A DNA stretch of 64,000 nucleotides from Botryllus schlosseri (lineage: Eukaryota). The stretch is from positions 9,796,001-9,860,000 of the forward strand of contig CM119378.1 in NCBI GenBank assembly GCA_051294905.1. Reading direction: 5' to 3'. A program made the position numbers and the translations under genes. Numbering within the stretch: the first letter of the stretch is position 1; every line of letters starts with the position of its first letter. The notes under the pieces are model-generated. The model had not been told where the DNA came from and did no database searches. It saw only the letters and a program-made list of their open reading frames with translations. This document shows, piece after piece, positions 35,925 to 49,748 of the stretch.

Positions 35925-38900
35925 TTATTCATACTCTAGATACTGTTTGTGATAAAATAACAGATAAGCTTCCGATTGTAAAACGTCCTGCTTGCTAGCT
36001 TTCATGATTACAGAGTCGTTACATCGAAACCATTGGTCTTCATGCTGCCTTACGAAGACCGAATAGTGACCGCTTTGCAATGATCCAATGTGATTGATAA
36101 CCGCAAATAAGGAATACCTGAAAGATAAACACACCGGTTGACACTAGGATCTACACTAAACATGTCGTACATTCAGCCGCATTGTCTCGACATTGCATTT
36201 TGGCAACTGCAAGCAATGTGACCCAAGCTTACAAAGGATGCACGCGATCCAATCGTGTGACATTTAAACACATTTTGGCTATATGCAGAGCGGACAGTGG
36301 ACCCAATCAGAGGCAGTTGGAGACATCATTTTTGCGGTGCCTCTTGCAAAGAGTTACCAGCAGGGCTGTGGAGTCGGAGTTTCGCTAATCTTTTCCATAA
36401 GCAAGCCAAGCAGGGAAGTCATGGATACCAGTGTTACTAATCAGGTCTTTGGTCTGACCCGGCCGCTTCACCATTACGCTATCTTGTCCGTGGTAAGATG
36501 CATCATAACGGATCGAACGAATCTTCAAGAAAGATTGCAAGTATAGTTCTAGTCTGTGAATACTGGACTAAGTGCAAGTAGAGTGTAGACATATGCTATA
36601 TGACTACTCCCTATATTTCACGTCTGACTACCATTTATTAGTTGTGAGAAAGCGTGGGCTTGTCATCAGCATAGTGTGTAATGAGAAAATTTGTACATCT
36701 CTGTATTAGTTGCTGACTCATACACAAGAGCTACACTTCTGTTTTTATCCTTATTTTTATTATAGAGGCTGGGATACGTATCATGTTTGAATGATTCATA
36801 CATATTACAGAATATCCATGGCTTGTCTATGCTATAAAAACTTATAGCATATGAAAAAGTAAGGATGTATTTCGAAATAAATACTCCCATGTTAATTGCA
36901 CAGTGAGTATATAGAGCTATTTCACAACAACCAATTTTGCATGCTGTCGTGAATAACATGTCTGCATATGTTCAATGGTTATATGACACTATGACAGTCA
37001 TTAAACTGTTACTGTGACGTATAATTTCCGAATTAAATCTGTAGTACTGTTGGAGTCGGAGTTTCGTGAGGAAAATAGTCGCGGAGTCAGTGCATTTACA
37101 GACTTTGGAGTCGGTATATTGACAACGTAAGGAGTTGGAGTCGGTGGTAAAATTTACAAACTACACAGCCCTGGTTGCCAGCACACTATTTTTGGGTTAA
37201 GTTTTTTGCAAAACTACTTACTTTTTAGAATTTTTATTTTGAATCAGTAGTCACATGTTTGCATCGCTGTGTGAAATACCCCCTGTATCATGGCAATGGC
37301 AACTAAATAAATTTCCCAAGATCATAAATATTTGTAGGGTCATTCGTCATTTTACATAAGTTACGAAGATACCTCCAATTAGCCGGTAAAATTATGAAAT
37401 TCCTGTCCCCCCTTGACCAAATCTACATTTCAAGTTACTCAAGTACTTTTCAGACCATTCATTATTTACTCCCAATCAAAGCAGTTTGACATGTTCTGGA
37501 AATTGCTACTTCCACTTGCAATCATCTTGAGTAGTAACGCTGACGAATTCGACCAATGACCACCTCTGCATCGACAATATCTACAAAAACAGGTTTCGAA
37601 GAGAATATACAAGACCTTGAGTTTATTCCAACTGCCTTGAGAGAGGCCTTCGTAGCGACATTGGTATGACGTGATGGACTCGGCGGCAATAGCATCCAAA
37701 AATGGGAATGCTTCTCATAACAACGTGTGGATAATTTGAAAACCCATTCACTTGACACTTTTGCATTAAACTATAATAGAAATCCGTAAAGCAAGTTATG
37801 CTTACTTGTTATTTTTAGATATATGTAGATCATCGTTCACAACTTTTTGCTCCTTCCCATTAGCACTTCGCCGCGATGCCATAAACGGGCTTAGGTCCAG
37901 CTCCATCGGAAATGACACATAAGTCGGAATCTTTCGCCTTGACTGTTACAGTGAGATAAGTTAAACATTACCAAGCTCGATATCTACCATATCTATTGTA
38001 CCATGGTGGTGTGCTCGAATCTTTTCAAATGAAAGCAACAGACAATAGGAAGTTTGTTGAGCGTCAGCTGCTTTGTTGACTCCTGGTAGCTGTGACATTG
38101 GTTGCATTCGATTTTAGCGCTACTGCCCAAGTGTTCCGGTCTCGTGAACCTGCGCCGAAATCGAAAATTCAAGTTAGTGGAAATATGTACCCGTTACGAA
38201 TGGGTACCTGTTCAAACAGTCTTTCAGCGACATGGGCCTGTTGCTTGGTGAAATTGGAGGTACCGTTGCCCCTGTGGTGTTTTCCATACCGGTAAGTGGT
38301 TGGTGCGGTGGCGACATGCAATGCCACGGGCTGCTAGTGGATCCTGTTAAACAAAAGTAAATGAAATAGTTTGCAAAACAGCTATAGTTTCATAATTTGC
38401 ATTCTGAGCATGATCACAATGATGCTAAAACTATATGGTATGATTACCCGGCAAATCAAGTGAAATATCCCAAAACGGATCGATGGTGGTCGACACACCC
38501 TTGCAAACTTGACATTCTACGTCTGACTGCCATCCGCCAGTGAAGATCTGATCGATAATGCAACGGCACGGCTGATTTCTGCCCTTCTTGCCAGGCACAG
38601 GGCTTGAGTTGCTGGCCGTGTCACTGCAGATTTTTGCGTAAATTCGTAATTTCATCAAGAAGAAGGCAAGTTAGTTGCATCAGCCATTTTTTAATACATC
38701 ATAACATGTGATGCGACACGCGAGTCACCTTCAAATCAATTTTATGATCGCTACTGAGCACTATTCCTACCCAGAGGTGGTCAAAGTAGTCAGTTTGCTC
38801 CGCAAGTAAAGTAACGCAATTTGAAGAAGTGGTTTTGTTCTAGAGGTCGTATACTTTTAGTAGTTTATCGAAGGTGGCTATTTCTGAAATTAAAAGATGT

Positions 38901-41798
38901 GTCTTAGCAAGTAATGCCAATTAACAAACGGTACTACGAATTGGTGCGATCTTCAAATATATATTTAGTTTCCGTGACAAGGGCTATTTCATGTAGTCCT
39001 CATGACCAATTTCATCCACAAAAGTGATGCTAACTCATGCCATAATACTATCTATGTTTCATAATGAAAATTGTACTTTTTAAGTACTTTTCACTACAAA
39101 ATGCTCAAGTTAGTGAGTGCAAGTAATTAAAACCTATCCAAATTAAAAGAATACCTCGCGCTGAGATGCTGATGCAACAGGTCCAGTGCCGCGATTAGGA
39201 ATTCGTGAGCGTCTTGCTGCTCGTAACCCGCCAGGTGACGAGCGTTTGTCCAAACCAAGTGCAACAACCGATAGGGAATGTACGCCGTTTGTTTTGCCGC
39301 GTAGAACTCCTGTCAAACGCCACTACGGGTAATATATATGGCTGGACAAAAATCGAGCATCTCAGTGCGTCGGTCCCGAATCGGGTATTAGGCTGAAGTC
39401 CAGACGAGTAGCATTTAAGGTCATTATGACATCATAACAGTAAAGATGATGTGGAAATTTCAAAAATGCACCTTTTATGAGGCCTCAAAGAAAAACAATT
39501 CCATTTCTACACCACATAATGATAGAAAAGAAGTTTAGTATTTTTGTGATCAAGCCTATTTCATTGCGCTCTCTGTGGGTTGATCACAACTTTACAGAAA
39601 TGCCATTTCCACGTTTCGCATGCTGTGATTGGGCCGATCGAGTGGGGGAAAAGTATCGAAACGATAATTCTTAGTAGAAAGAGGTGTACAATGTTAATAG
39701 CCTACTTTAATACGACTCGAATCATTACAATTAATACTCAATTTGAACCTGTGCACACGAATCAACGTGCCAAGTCCTAGTACGATACTGCCAAGAGAAT
39801 GCTGCGCTTACCTGAAACAACCTCATCATTTCACAAACGAGACACCGGTCCTTGTCGCAGACGTGTTTCTCGGCGAGGAAATAATCCCTCAACATTGGCG
39901 TGTGTATAAAGGCCTGAGAATGAATCGTTTCGGTAATGTCACTCTCCACCATCGGCGCAACTAGTACACGCGCTCACCTGAAGAATGCAATTCATGAAGC
40001 ACGTGTTCCCCAGGTTGACCAGGCCCCGCAGGCCGATAAAACTCTCAGGTGACATTTTTCGACGCTTTGGATTCAGTTTGAGGTACTCCATGTCTATTTC
40101 CGACGGCTCCCAAAATGGCCATAAGCTGACATGACTTTCGCTCCATCCCATGGATTTGCACATGCTTCGCCATTCTGTCTAAACACAAATTGATATATAT
40201 ATCCACCATTGTTACCAAGCATGCCGTAAAACTCCAGACTAATGTTTCAACATTTGACAGCCAATTATTGTAGTGACAAAGTCAATAAAACTGTCTAATG
40301 AAATGAATCATTCATCTGGCTTGACAACGACATGGTAAACTTTATCCCAAATACCAGCGAATGTGACCCTCTCGTAATCAGGCATACCTCAACAACAGAA
40401 ATTTGCGAACATACTTTTGCAATTTTATCTAGTTCCTTGTCGTAAATGTAGTCCCTGCATTTGAAGCAGTACGTTTGACCAAATGTCAGATCCATAGCGA
40501 GAAAGTGATCGTTCTTCAATGCATGAGCGTGAATGTGCTGCCTATGATGTAGATGCAAACATGATTAATGCACTTTCTAATTCGTAATACTTTTTTGCTA
40601 CTGTATAAAATGAGCAACATTACTACATACTGGCAATTTCAAAGCAAATTTCATGAGCAGTCATAAGGAAATGTGTTTTGGTAAGTCAGAAGTATGGTTC
40701 CATCTTTGCGAGTCAACAGATATGCTATCCAGTGACAAGTAAGATAGCCTATGTTTTCCGAAATCACGGACGGGATTATTATGATGAAATAACTGTTTTG
40801 ACAGCTTTATGAAGTTGGACCTTCCACAGTAACTATGGTTACTAGAAAAGAATGTAGGGGAACTGAATTTAGCAGTTAACGAAATATGATCATAGTTATG
40901 ACTTCTAAGCTCTGATTGTAATATAATGAGCGATCACACGGCCTGCTTCCACATCAACCACTATTGGCTGTGAAGCTGCAAGGTTTGATGTAAACAGTGC
41001 ATTCAAATGTTGCACATCTCTCAGACAGAAAGTTTTTTATTACCATACTTTACAGTTTTAAGTAGAAGCAGAGCGAAGTCTCCGATGACATAGCCTACTC
41101 AATAGTCTACTCGACAGATCTTACTTTTCGTAGCAAGCAAAATATATGCAATGAAGACATGCATGTAAACGACCTTTGTAAGTTTTGCAGACTTGACAAT
41201 AACAAGACTTGGCCCGTACCTGAATTTAAAAAAAAGAATATGTTGATTACTACAATCTTGGTAAACATGAAAGAAAGAGAAAAAATCAGAATTGCTACTC
41301 AATATGGTTGCCCGACATATGAGCATGCGACACAATGGAAAACGACAGTTCAGCATGGAACACATCGGCATGCGTCACTTCAGCATGTGACTGTATAACC
41401 CTAAAACTTACCCTAACCCGAAACATAGCCTAACCTAACCTAACCTAGCCTAACCTAACCTAAAACCTAACCCTAAACCAACCATAAATCCAACCCTAAC
41501 CTACCCCTAACCCGTAGTTTAACCCACATGCTCATGTGTCGCATGCCAAATTGTCGCATGCCCAAGTCTCGCATGCTGTAATGTCGCATGCTCATATGTC
41601 CACGGACCACTCAATATATAGGTGTTATATAAGATGCAAATACCAAACTAACAGCATCAATATGTTATACAAATGACTTACTTGTCTGGCTTCACGGGTA
41701 CTGCAGTTTACAAGCCATTTCTGAGTAATCTGAAATGGCTTTATCCCATATGATGTTTGAAACGATGTCAAATGCTCGCACGTATTTATGGGCGCCAT
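35925..41798 (-). CDS. USP22: Ubiquitin carboxyl-terminal hydrolase 22 (SAGA DUB module), 10 exons
   Basis: Exons 41798-41682, 41219-41125, 40541-40415, 40178-39978, 39913-39812, 39309-39155, 38623-38448, 38343-38208 and 38149-38002, 37942-37806, 36117-35925 (count by eye: 10-11 segments), all phase-consistent. ZnF-UBP (CQVC...CLHC...HIHAH...CFKC); Cys box [12 protein letters not shown]; QQDAHEF; His box GHY...WFRCND; C-terminus [13 protein letters not shown]. Confidence 0.93.
36361..37173. mobile_element. hAT MITE in the last USP22 intron
   Basis: Termini CAGGGCTGTG / CACAGCCCTG; GGAGTCGG subterminal repeats; TSD GTTACCAG / GTTGCCAG (7/8). Confidence 0.8.
38772..39135. repeat. Degenerate copy of the AGTAG-rich hAT family in a USP22 intron
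   Basis: Starts CAGAGGTGGTCAAAGTAGTCA; right terminus not found. Confidence 0.5.
41306..41608. mobile_element. MULE-type MITE with telomere-like core, in USP22 intron 1
   Basis: TIRs GGT-N6-GACATATGAGCATGCGACA; perfect 9-bp TSD ACTCAATAT (41297-41305, 41609-41617); central degenerate CCCTAA/CCTAA repeats. Confidence 0.85.
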
Positions 41799-42450
41799 AA
41801 CTACTATGTTTATGAAACGAAAAAACTAGGAACATAATAACATTGCATTTTAGTAATTTTACGGTTACAATTAATTAACAATGACACAATCGAAGAAACG
41901 GTTCAAAAATATGCAGCACATATTGCATAAATTTCCTATACACTGATTACACATTATACACAATCACATTCAATATTTTCAATGTTTCATCAATGACCTT
42001 GTGAATATGCAAAGCACAAGTTCTGTAATAAGCACATACCATTCAAGCAACATCACAAGTAGCCTACAATGTACCAACATAATCAATATCCGCCAACTTA
42101 TTCTGCAGCAACGGTACATTCAAAGTTCCAGAAGGCCGCAGCAGTATCGACGAACACAATACAATATTTTTGTATAGAGACAATGGCGTTATCGCAACAA
42201 GAATTAACCAGCAGCCGTCTTTATTAAAGAAAAATAATTAAATACGAGAATGCGAGAATTTCATGACATTGTACACTTCGAATTTGAATCATTTTCGCTG
42301 CTTTGTTCCCCTGTCAATAAATATGTATTTCAATCATTAGCATTAATTACATGCATTATTCCCAAAGTGTTAATTCTCTAATGATCAACCGCGTAATTCG
42401 TTAATATACCGGGATCAAAGTAAATAGATGCAGTGACTGCACAAAGATTT

Positions 42451-42852
42451 TCAACTGGACATATAATACCGATACACGAATGCCACAGCAAGAGCTACGA
42501 TGGCAGGTATGACCCAGTTACTCCACGTACTTGGCTCGTCTTGGGTGTCATGGGATGTGACGAATTGCGGCGACTCTTCCTTAAAACGATCGTCCGGATG
42601 TAGCTCTCCGATCAAATATTCCTCGGCGAGGTTCCTGGCGTCGGAAGAGTGACCGACGTCTTCGAAAGCCTCCGTCGCGTTTGTTCCGGCCTGCTCTAGC
42701 AGAACCTCTTCGCCGCCCGGATGATCTTCGAGAAACTTTGTGACGTCGTAAACTTTGTTATGAATTACGAGCCAAGACGATTTCAGGGTGCTGTGTTCCT
42801 TGACTTCCTCGTACCGAATCACACGGAGCTCTTTTTCTTTTTGTTCTGCCAT
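42451..42852 (-). CDS. CYB5: Cytochrome b5, 133 aa, single coding exon
   Basis: [21 protein letters not shown] heme motif, FEDVGHS, IGELHP, C-terminal membrane anchor [17 protein letters not shown]. Confidence 0.95.
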   Translation of the reverse strand: MAEQKEKELRVIRYEEVKEHSTLKSSWLVIHNKVYDVTKFLEDHPGGEEVLLEQAGTNATEAFEDVGHSSDARNLAEEYLIGELHPDDRFKEESPQFVTSHDTQDEPSTWSNWVIPAIVALAVAFVYRYYMSS

Positions 42853-43523
42853 CTCTCAAATATAAGGCAACTGCCGGTTTTCTACAGACTACGATTGAAA
42901 CTGTGAGAATACGTAAGGTGTTCATTTGACTGCGGAAGCGAAATGAACCAGGGTACATGGAACCGTACATCCGGGTAAGCTCACTTTGTCTGTGAACGAT
43001 AACACTTGCTATGTGTTCATTTCAAAGGAGCGTTCATTGCCTATCATATATAAATACTGAAATTGTGGTCATTTGGTATTCTTTCAAATTATATTGTAGT
43101 TTTGACAACTTTCAGCAATGAATAGAGCGAGGTATATTCTTTCAGAACTAATTCATTAATCTGAGCTTTACGTTCGTGAAAGTCTTTTCCACGGTAACAG
43201 CAGAAAAGTTAATTATAATTAGTATAATCTGATAACTGATGGCAACACCTCAAATTTCTATTAAACCGGGTTATTTGAAAGTCACTGCTGTGCTGATTCC
43301 GATTTCGTCATGATTTTTTGATATTACAACCCATGTACTAGTCAAGCTGATTGCCCGACGTTCGATAAAATACCAGTAACTACTTTAGCTTCGCTGCAGG
43401 GGTCGGGAATCTTTTTCAAGCTAAATTCCAATATCCAATATATTTTTTTGAAATCAACCCTGTAGTCCACCCAACCCAGACAATGATTTGATATTTTGTC
43501 TTAATGCTGAGGAAATCAGAAAC

Positions 43524-44340
43524 CAGTGTTGGGATCAAGTCACTATCTTCGAGTCACGAGTCATTTCGAGTTATTGTACATTTTGACTCGAGTCAAGTCA
43601 AGTCAATCGATTTTCGAAGGTGTCTCAAGTCCAGTCAAGTCACTCGATTTTTGGAGGCGACTGGAGTCAAGTCAAGTTAAGTCACGAGTCAAATCACGAT
43701 TAAAGTCAAGTTGCTTTTTCGAAGTATGAGGCATCATTACGTGATTGCATTTTGCTGCCTGTCTGGAATACAGATTGAGTGGTCATTGATTTTGAACCGA
43801 TGAACAAACACAGAGTTAAATATAGGCTACACGCTAGAAGGCGCTGTATCGCTCAAATGTAGAACTGCTAAACTACATAAGTAATTGCATAGCCTCAGTT
43901 TATAGTTACTAGCCAAAATAGAGAATAGTGAAACGAATTGATAAGATGCAATAAATTATCCATTTACAAATTGATGTGATACATTTCGAGCCTGCGCCAA
44001 TGGTTGGGTACTATATAAACTATATTCGAATTCAATTTCAATAAAACAAAAGGTTTGGTAAAGGTACGAACAGAGAACAGAAATAGACATTTTGCTCTGA
44101 GATTACTTTACAATACTAGTTTACGAGTTATGACAACATAAACAGTAAACTTCGATCACTTCGTTTGCGGTCAATTCATTTGTGAGAGGCTCAGTAAAAC
44201 GCACGATCATTGAATTACTGGTCGCTCTCACGGGTTACACCAGCGTTTCGTGAACAATCCAAACATATGCAAGATACAGTGATTTTTATTGACACCGATT
44301 ACTTGATGACTTGAAATTGACTCGTGACTCGGAGCAAAAT
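43524..44340. mobile_element. Truncated copy of the GAGTCAAGTC hAT MITE family
   Basis: Starts CAGTGTTGGGATCAAGTCAC as at 14782; right terminus missing. Confidence 0.65.
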
Positions 44341-44372
44341 TCACATTTTAGGTGCTTTAGGTTAGTCGAATA

Positions 44373-44601
44373 CAGGTATTCTAAACCTGGGGGTCGTTTG
44401 CCTTTATTCTGGGGGTCGCGCGAAGATGTTGGACGTCATCAGCTTCCAAAATAGGCCGTAAGTCGGGGCGAGCTGACTCTAGGCAAGCCGGCTCTGGGCA
44501 AGCTGACATTTTTATTAATCAGCCTATCATTTTTGAGCGGGACCACGGAACATTTTTAAAGTGGAAATGAGATCGCGGCCATAATAGGTTGGAAACCACT
44601 G
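44373..44601. mobile_element. Small hAT-like MITE
   Basis: CAGGTATTCTAAACC / GGTTGGAAACCACTG imperfect TIRs; no TSD found. Confidence 0.45.
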
Positions 44602-45070
44602 GATGTACAACCTAATGGTGTATTTTATAGTATTATGGAAGAACCAATATTATTGACAGAATTCATTCACAAATTTCAACAAGCAGATGTATATTATAGT
44701 AAGTCCGCAAGAAGTTGCATCGATTACCCTGTGGCTGGCCAAGATTAGTGCTTTTTGGGCGGAAGGGGGCAGAAAAAATGTTGTTTCGGACCTGGTTACA
44801 ACACACAAACAGATAACCGCACTGACCTAACAGTATAGCACGGCCGCCCAACCGGCGGACCGGATAGCGTCCACAATGCAGACTATTTCATTCGGCCCGT
44901 GAAGAAATCTGCTGCAGACTCAAACAATAACCAGAGCTCACATTAGAAATGGCCCGATTTAAAACCTATATTCCACTCCTCTCCTGTACAGTCGATAGGT
45001 GAAGCTTTGCTAGTGTGACGTCATATTGAGTCTTCAATGTAGTCAAACCTCATCGTAAAATCCGCTAGCG

Positions 45071-46923
45071 GGCGTGTTCAGTAAGGTCAGTCTCATGTTC
45101 ACAATAAGGTCAGTCTATTCAAAATAAGGTCAGTCGCTATGTTACAGTGACATAAGGGTTGGGGGTCAGGGGGTTAAGTTGGTATCATTAGGGTTGTCGT
45201 TTAGGGTCAGGGTTGGGGCGATAGGATAGCATGGAGTCGGTGTCCTGTGCTCACAAAATTCTTATTTTCATTATATTTTTTATCAAATGACTTGAAACTT
45301 GGTGAATCATCGCCGCTCACCTGTTATATTAGGCAAATGTACCGAGATTCCAGTAGGGTAGATAGGGTTGGGGTGAGGGCAGAGGTGGTCAAAGTAGTCA
45401 AGAAATCTACTCAAGTAGAAGTAGAAGTAGCGACGAAAAAATCTACTCAAGTATGAGTAGAAGTACTTCTTCCATAAGCAACCTAAAACTACTTGAAGTA
45501 GAAGTAGAATTGACTGACTTTAAAAGTACTCAAGTAAGTAAGTAGTTGTGAAAACGATCCTAATTCGTTCACATGGATTGTAAAAAGGTGCAAATTGAGC
45601 TATGCGAAAGGTGACGAGCTTGATTCATATTGATGCATACCAATAGGTATCCAATTTTTGATAGCATAAGCATTCATTCCCATCATGATAGTATTGATAT
45701 GGAAATGCGATACTAATCCTCTGTTTTCTGGAACAGCACATTTTAGAAAATAGCATGGTACAGCGCCGTCCCCCATATTATAAGGCCCGTAGTTTAGTCG
45801 AAGAGCAATACGGAGAAGTTATATAGAATACGGTGTAACCACTTTGCGCTATTAGTAAACGTTAATAAAAAATATGGTGGACAGTAAAAATGCCATATTG
45901 TGTAGGCCTAACTTTATTTCCGGAAATTAAAGGCATTACTACACTTGCTTTTATACTTAAACATGTATGTTATCCAGACAAAAGAACTGATATTAATTAT
46001 TAACTCAAATATATGATACTGGGAATTAAAATTGAAATAGAAATACTACTTCTGAAAGTGGAACATGTCTTTCATTCCTTTAGTCCAGGTTTCAAAGGTG
46101 GTATGCTACAACAGCTCCAAAACTAAAAAAAGTCAGAGTCCACTTTTCCAGATTAGGACACGCCATGGACATGGACAATGGACATGCTAGATTACGATAT
46201 GACAAGTAAATGCTAGATTGCGAAACATCAGTTTCAAACGTTATGATGTGCCATATATACTGTGATGAATTATTTCATATGGGCGAAGGGCGACAATATG
46301 GTGTAAACGGAAGCACGCCAACCCGCTACCTAAATTATATTCACCGATACTTTCGTGAAATCACACTGGTCACTCCGTATCCACTGCGCGCGACGAAAAT
46401 TCTTGGCTTTACTCAACTTTTATGAAAATTAAATGTTGATACTCCGTGAGAACAGCCCCGAAACTTCTCAGGCTATCTTCCTGATTTGGAGATTGAACTA
46501 CTTCTACTTGACAAACTGAAAATAGCGAAAAGTAAGTAAGTAGATCACAAAATATTGTGCAGTAGAAGTAGAAGTAGCGAAAATCAGATCTACTTGAGTA
46601 AGTACCAGAAGTAGAGGGAAACTACTTGAGTACTTCGAAAAAGTAGAAGTACTTCGTTACTGACCACCTCTGGGTGAGGGTTAGAGTCGTTAGGCTGTGG
46701 CCTGTGGGCAAGGGTCATTAGGGTGTTGGTTAGGGTCATTAGGGTTGGGGTAAAGTATCATTAGGACCCTTATCCTCAACCATAATGACAGTGACACTAA
46801 CTCGTAACCATGGACAGCTGACCTATAGTGGACACAGCAAATGACCTTATTTTGGACATGACTGATCAGCCTGATCATATTTTCGTCTTTGAACATAATA
46901 CTGTCCTTATTGTGAACATAACC
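45071..46923. repeat. MITE-like element with TAAGGTCAGT subterminal repeats and a degenerate TTAGGG-like core; interrupted by a hAT element
   Basis: ATGTTCACAATAAGG (~45096) is inverted at CCTTATTGTGAACAT (~46905); boundaries approximate. Confidence 0.5.
45380..46672. mobile_element. hAT non-autonomous element (AGTAG-rich family, 1.29-kb form)
   Basis: TIRs CAGAGGTGGTCA / TGACCACCTCTG; perfect 8-bp TSD GGTGAGGG. Confidence 0.92.
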
Positions 46924-47149
46924 AAACCAACCCTCTTCCCTCGCACCGCCTGGTTGATCCATTTTGCTACATCATGCACGATCTCTCAAATTCCATATCT
47001 ATAAATCCTGTTTGGCATATGGTAAGTCATGGATCCAAGTCTATATTTCTTCCAAGCCCAAATCCAAATCAAATCAAGGATCCGGTAATTTTGGCAAGCT
47101 TCACAGGTTATGGGTAACAAGGCCTTTAAAGGTCATATCTCATAATCTC

Positions 47150-47490
47150 CGTAATAGACTTTTGTGCTTTTAAAAACAATGTTTTCATTCTCTTATCTCT
47201 AACTACCGCTAAATTGTATTTGCATTGTATTTCGAATTGGTCCATGTTACTGTGTCTTGTTTTTCTTTTCTTTTCGTTAGTTTATTTTATTTTACATTTA
47301 TTCATTAGTTATCGACTGTGAAATTTGCTCCTGTCCTGGGTGCGGGTGGCTCGGCTCTGAAGACTTCGTCATATCGTGCCTCCCGTCTACCTTGCATGTC
47401 TCATTTGACTGTTACATTTTTGTAGTGTAATGTTGATATGTAATGTAATGTATACGAATAAAGATTCTTTCTCTTTCTCTCTCTCTCATA
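47150..47490 (+). repeat. Probable 3' UTR of a second LINE family ending in AATAAA + (TC)n
   Basis: T-rich tract, GC-rich stem-like segment, AATAAAG and a TCTC tail; no coding sequence attached. Confidence 0.3.
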
Positions 47491-49170
47491 TCGTCACCTC
47501 CAGTCAAATTTTATGTTTGACGAATCAATAAATGTCTGTCCGTCTGTCAAGTGATAATCTGTGATGTAGCCTCATGTATATACCACTACCGGATTCTGAT
47601 CGAATGCGGTTCTCTTAAAATCAGTGCCGCGATCACTCCTAGGTCTAGGCCGCAAGCTGTATAGAACTATAGAACAAGCTGGAAGTATAGAATGTAAGCG
47701 TTTACATTCTATACTGGAAGCTAGTGCTCGAAAGTCGAAGGTGATGTTTGCATAGCTGATTGATGTGGATTGTCACGGTTCAATAACTATTGACAGACCT
47801 TGCGGCTTCTGCGCAGCAATGCTTTACCACGTCCTTGGCGTGAGAAATTATAGATAACTAACCTACGGAGGTTTGTTATCTATATAGAAATCATAAATTG
47901 CAGGTATCATGGCCTGTTGTACCCAAGTATTTATGCTCACGCCACACATATTGCAGCTAAATGGAGCGATAATAATAACCGATGTATAGTCATTCAAGCG
48001 TAAGTCACGCCTTTTATTTTCAGTACTGTACTCCAAACTCCATCCAAAGGACCGTCTATATTCGTTGGTCCACTCCACACATGCTGATATAACTATAGGT
48101 GATCACTGGTCATGGCCATTGGCCAACCTCCACAGCTCTAGAAACGGCTCATCTTGTCGGTCTGTTCAGTCGTTGATTCACGCTTTCCGCACCCGCACCC
48201 GCTTGTCTACTCTGTGACCTGCGTGTTCACAATGGCGGTGCCATAAAATGGGCATCATTCCAAGTCGGCAGATACGAAATCATAGTATAGAATATTGGTA
48301 TGATGAAAATTACCATTGTAGTCAAAAATACTTTGAATATCACAAACAGCAGAAACACTACAGTCATTTTGTAGGCTCAAATTGTGTTTATTCAACTATT
48401 AAATTATTGACGTCACCAAAATTGATAAAGAATGTATCGTTGTCTATGGTAAAAAAATCATAGGATGCGTACGAGATCTCTTTTGATTTGGCATGTTTTA
48501 TTTTTTATGGCTATGCACGATTTTCATTTTTGCTCACGAGCGCCGCCATTGTGGTCTATGTAGGGCGGCCGGTGTCGGTATCGTGTAAACCGAGTTTTCG
48601 TGGCATGTCGCGACACAATCCTCATACGCCAAAAAGAATGCATTTTTTATTTATTTTTAGTATGCTACAGTTTTACGGGCATGTAGGCCTATGACATGAA
48701 AAACGCCAAGACAACAGTTTTACGCACAGAACTCTAATAAACGCACCGTCAGAGAATGTTGTTATCCTTTTGTCTAGGGGTGTGCACTGTGCAGCGAGCG
48801 GTGCGGGAATATGTAACAAACACAGGTATTTAGGGGCCTACCTCTTCCGCGCCCGGACACATGACGACATGTGATGTTGGCAAACACACGATTGGGCAAA
48901 GTGTTGTGCCAAAAAAATCGTCGGTGATAAAACCTTGGCCAAAATTGGTTGCTAAAAACCTTGATATTGATATATGACCGGTCGTCGAAATGGTCGGCTC
49001 GAAATAGTCTCTTCCTTGCAATCTGAGTAGACAGTATATGAATTCTATACAAATGCGACCCCCGCAGAGGAAAAAAATGTACCCCCATTTGAAATCGCGT
49101 GCGTCAGACATGTTTCATATAGCTGCGTTTCGTACAACTGTTGTCTGCGCGTTCTCCATATCAAACATGC

Positions 49171-49748
49171 TGCCGCGGTGTATAGGGTTATGACAACAGT
49201 GTATTTCACACCCATATAGCATATGACGTTGACTTCCTATTGGAATTATGTCGAGTGTCTATAAGCTCGTGTAAGAGCTGGTAACTGACAACCTCCAAAC
49301 CTTCATGAACCTAAAAACCACAAGCAGATATCATTCGATCTGGCTCTCATTCGATCAGAGGCAACCGCTGTCAAACTGGCAGAGTGTTGCAAGTTATACC
49401 GCTGATACAGCTATGAGACAGATGTGATACACCTGTTGCGGGATTATATGATAATATCCAACATTGTGTATTTCACGCCATATTAGGAAACGAATAAGAC
49501 TTCCGATTGCAATGATCATGAGCCTATATAAGCGCATGTTTAGTTGACTCGAGACGAGATTCATTTGCTAAACCTACTTGGAACAACGTCTGAAATATAT
49601 TCGTATGTCTTGCGTCTATTTGCGTCTTAAGAAGATCTCACCAGGATACAGTACAGGACTGCAGGTTAAGTAGTCAGCCAGCTAACCCTATAATACTTTG
49701 GTTAGCTATACTTCTACTCACCAGGACACAACCCATTGTATAGCGACA
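49171..49748 (+). repeat. 5' LTR
   Basis: No difference from 54197-54774 seen by eye; TATATAA at ~49525. Confidence 0.95.

Noticed and set aside
37488-37790. Nested antisense gene in the last USP22 intron (signal-peptide-like [15 protein letters not shown])
   Set aside because: The frame stops after 22 codons and all plus-strand frames contain stops; no supportable gene model.
41390-41525. Interstitial telomere or chromosome fusion site
   Set aside because: The degenerate repeats sit inside a TIR- and TSD-bounded 303-bp MITE.
47685-47715. 13-bp perfect hairpin GTATAGAATGTAA...TTACATTCTATAC
   Set aside because: Isolated; no TSD, Helitron 3' signature or second copy seen, so no function can be supported.
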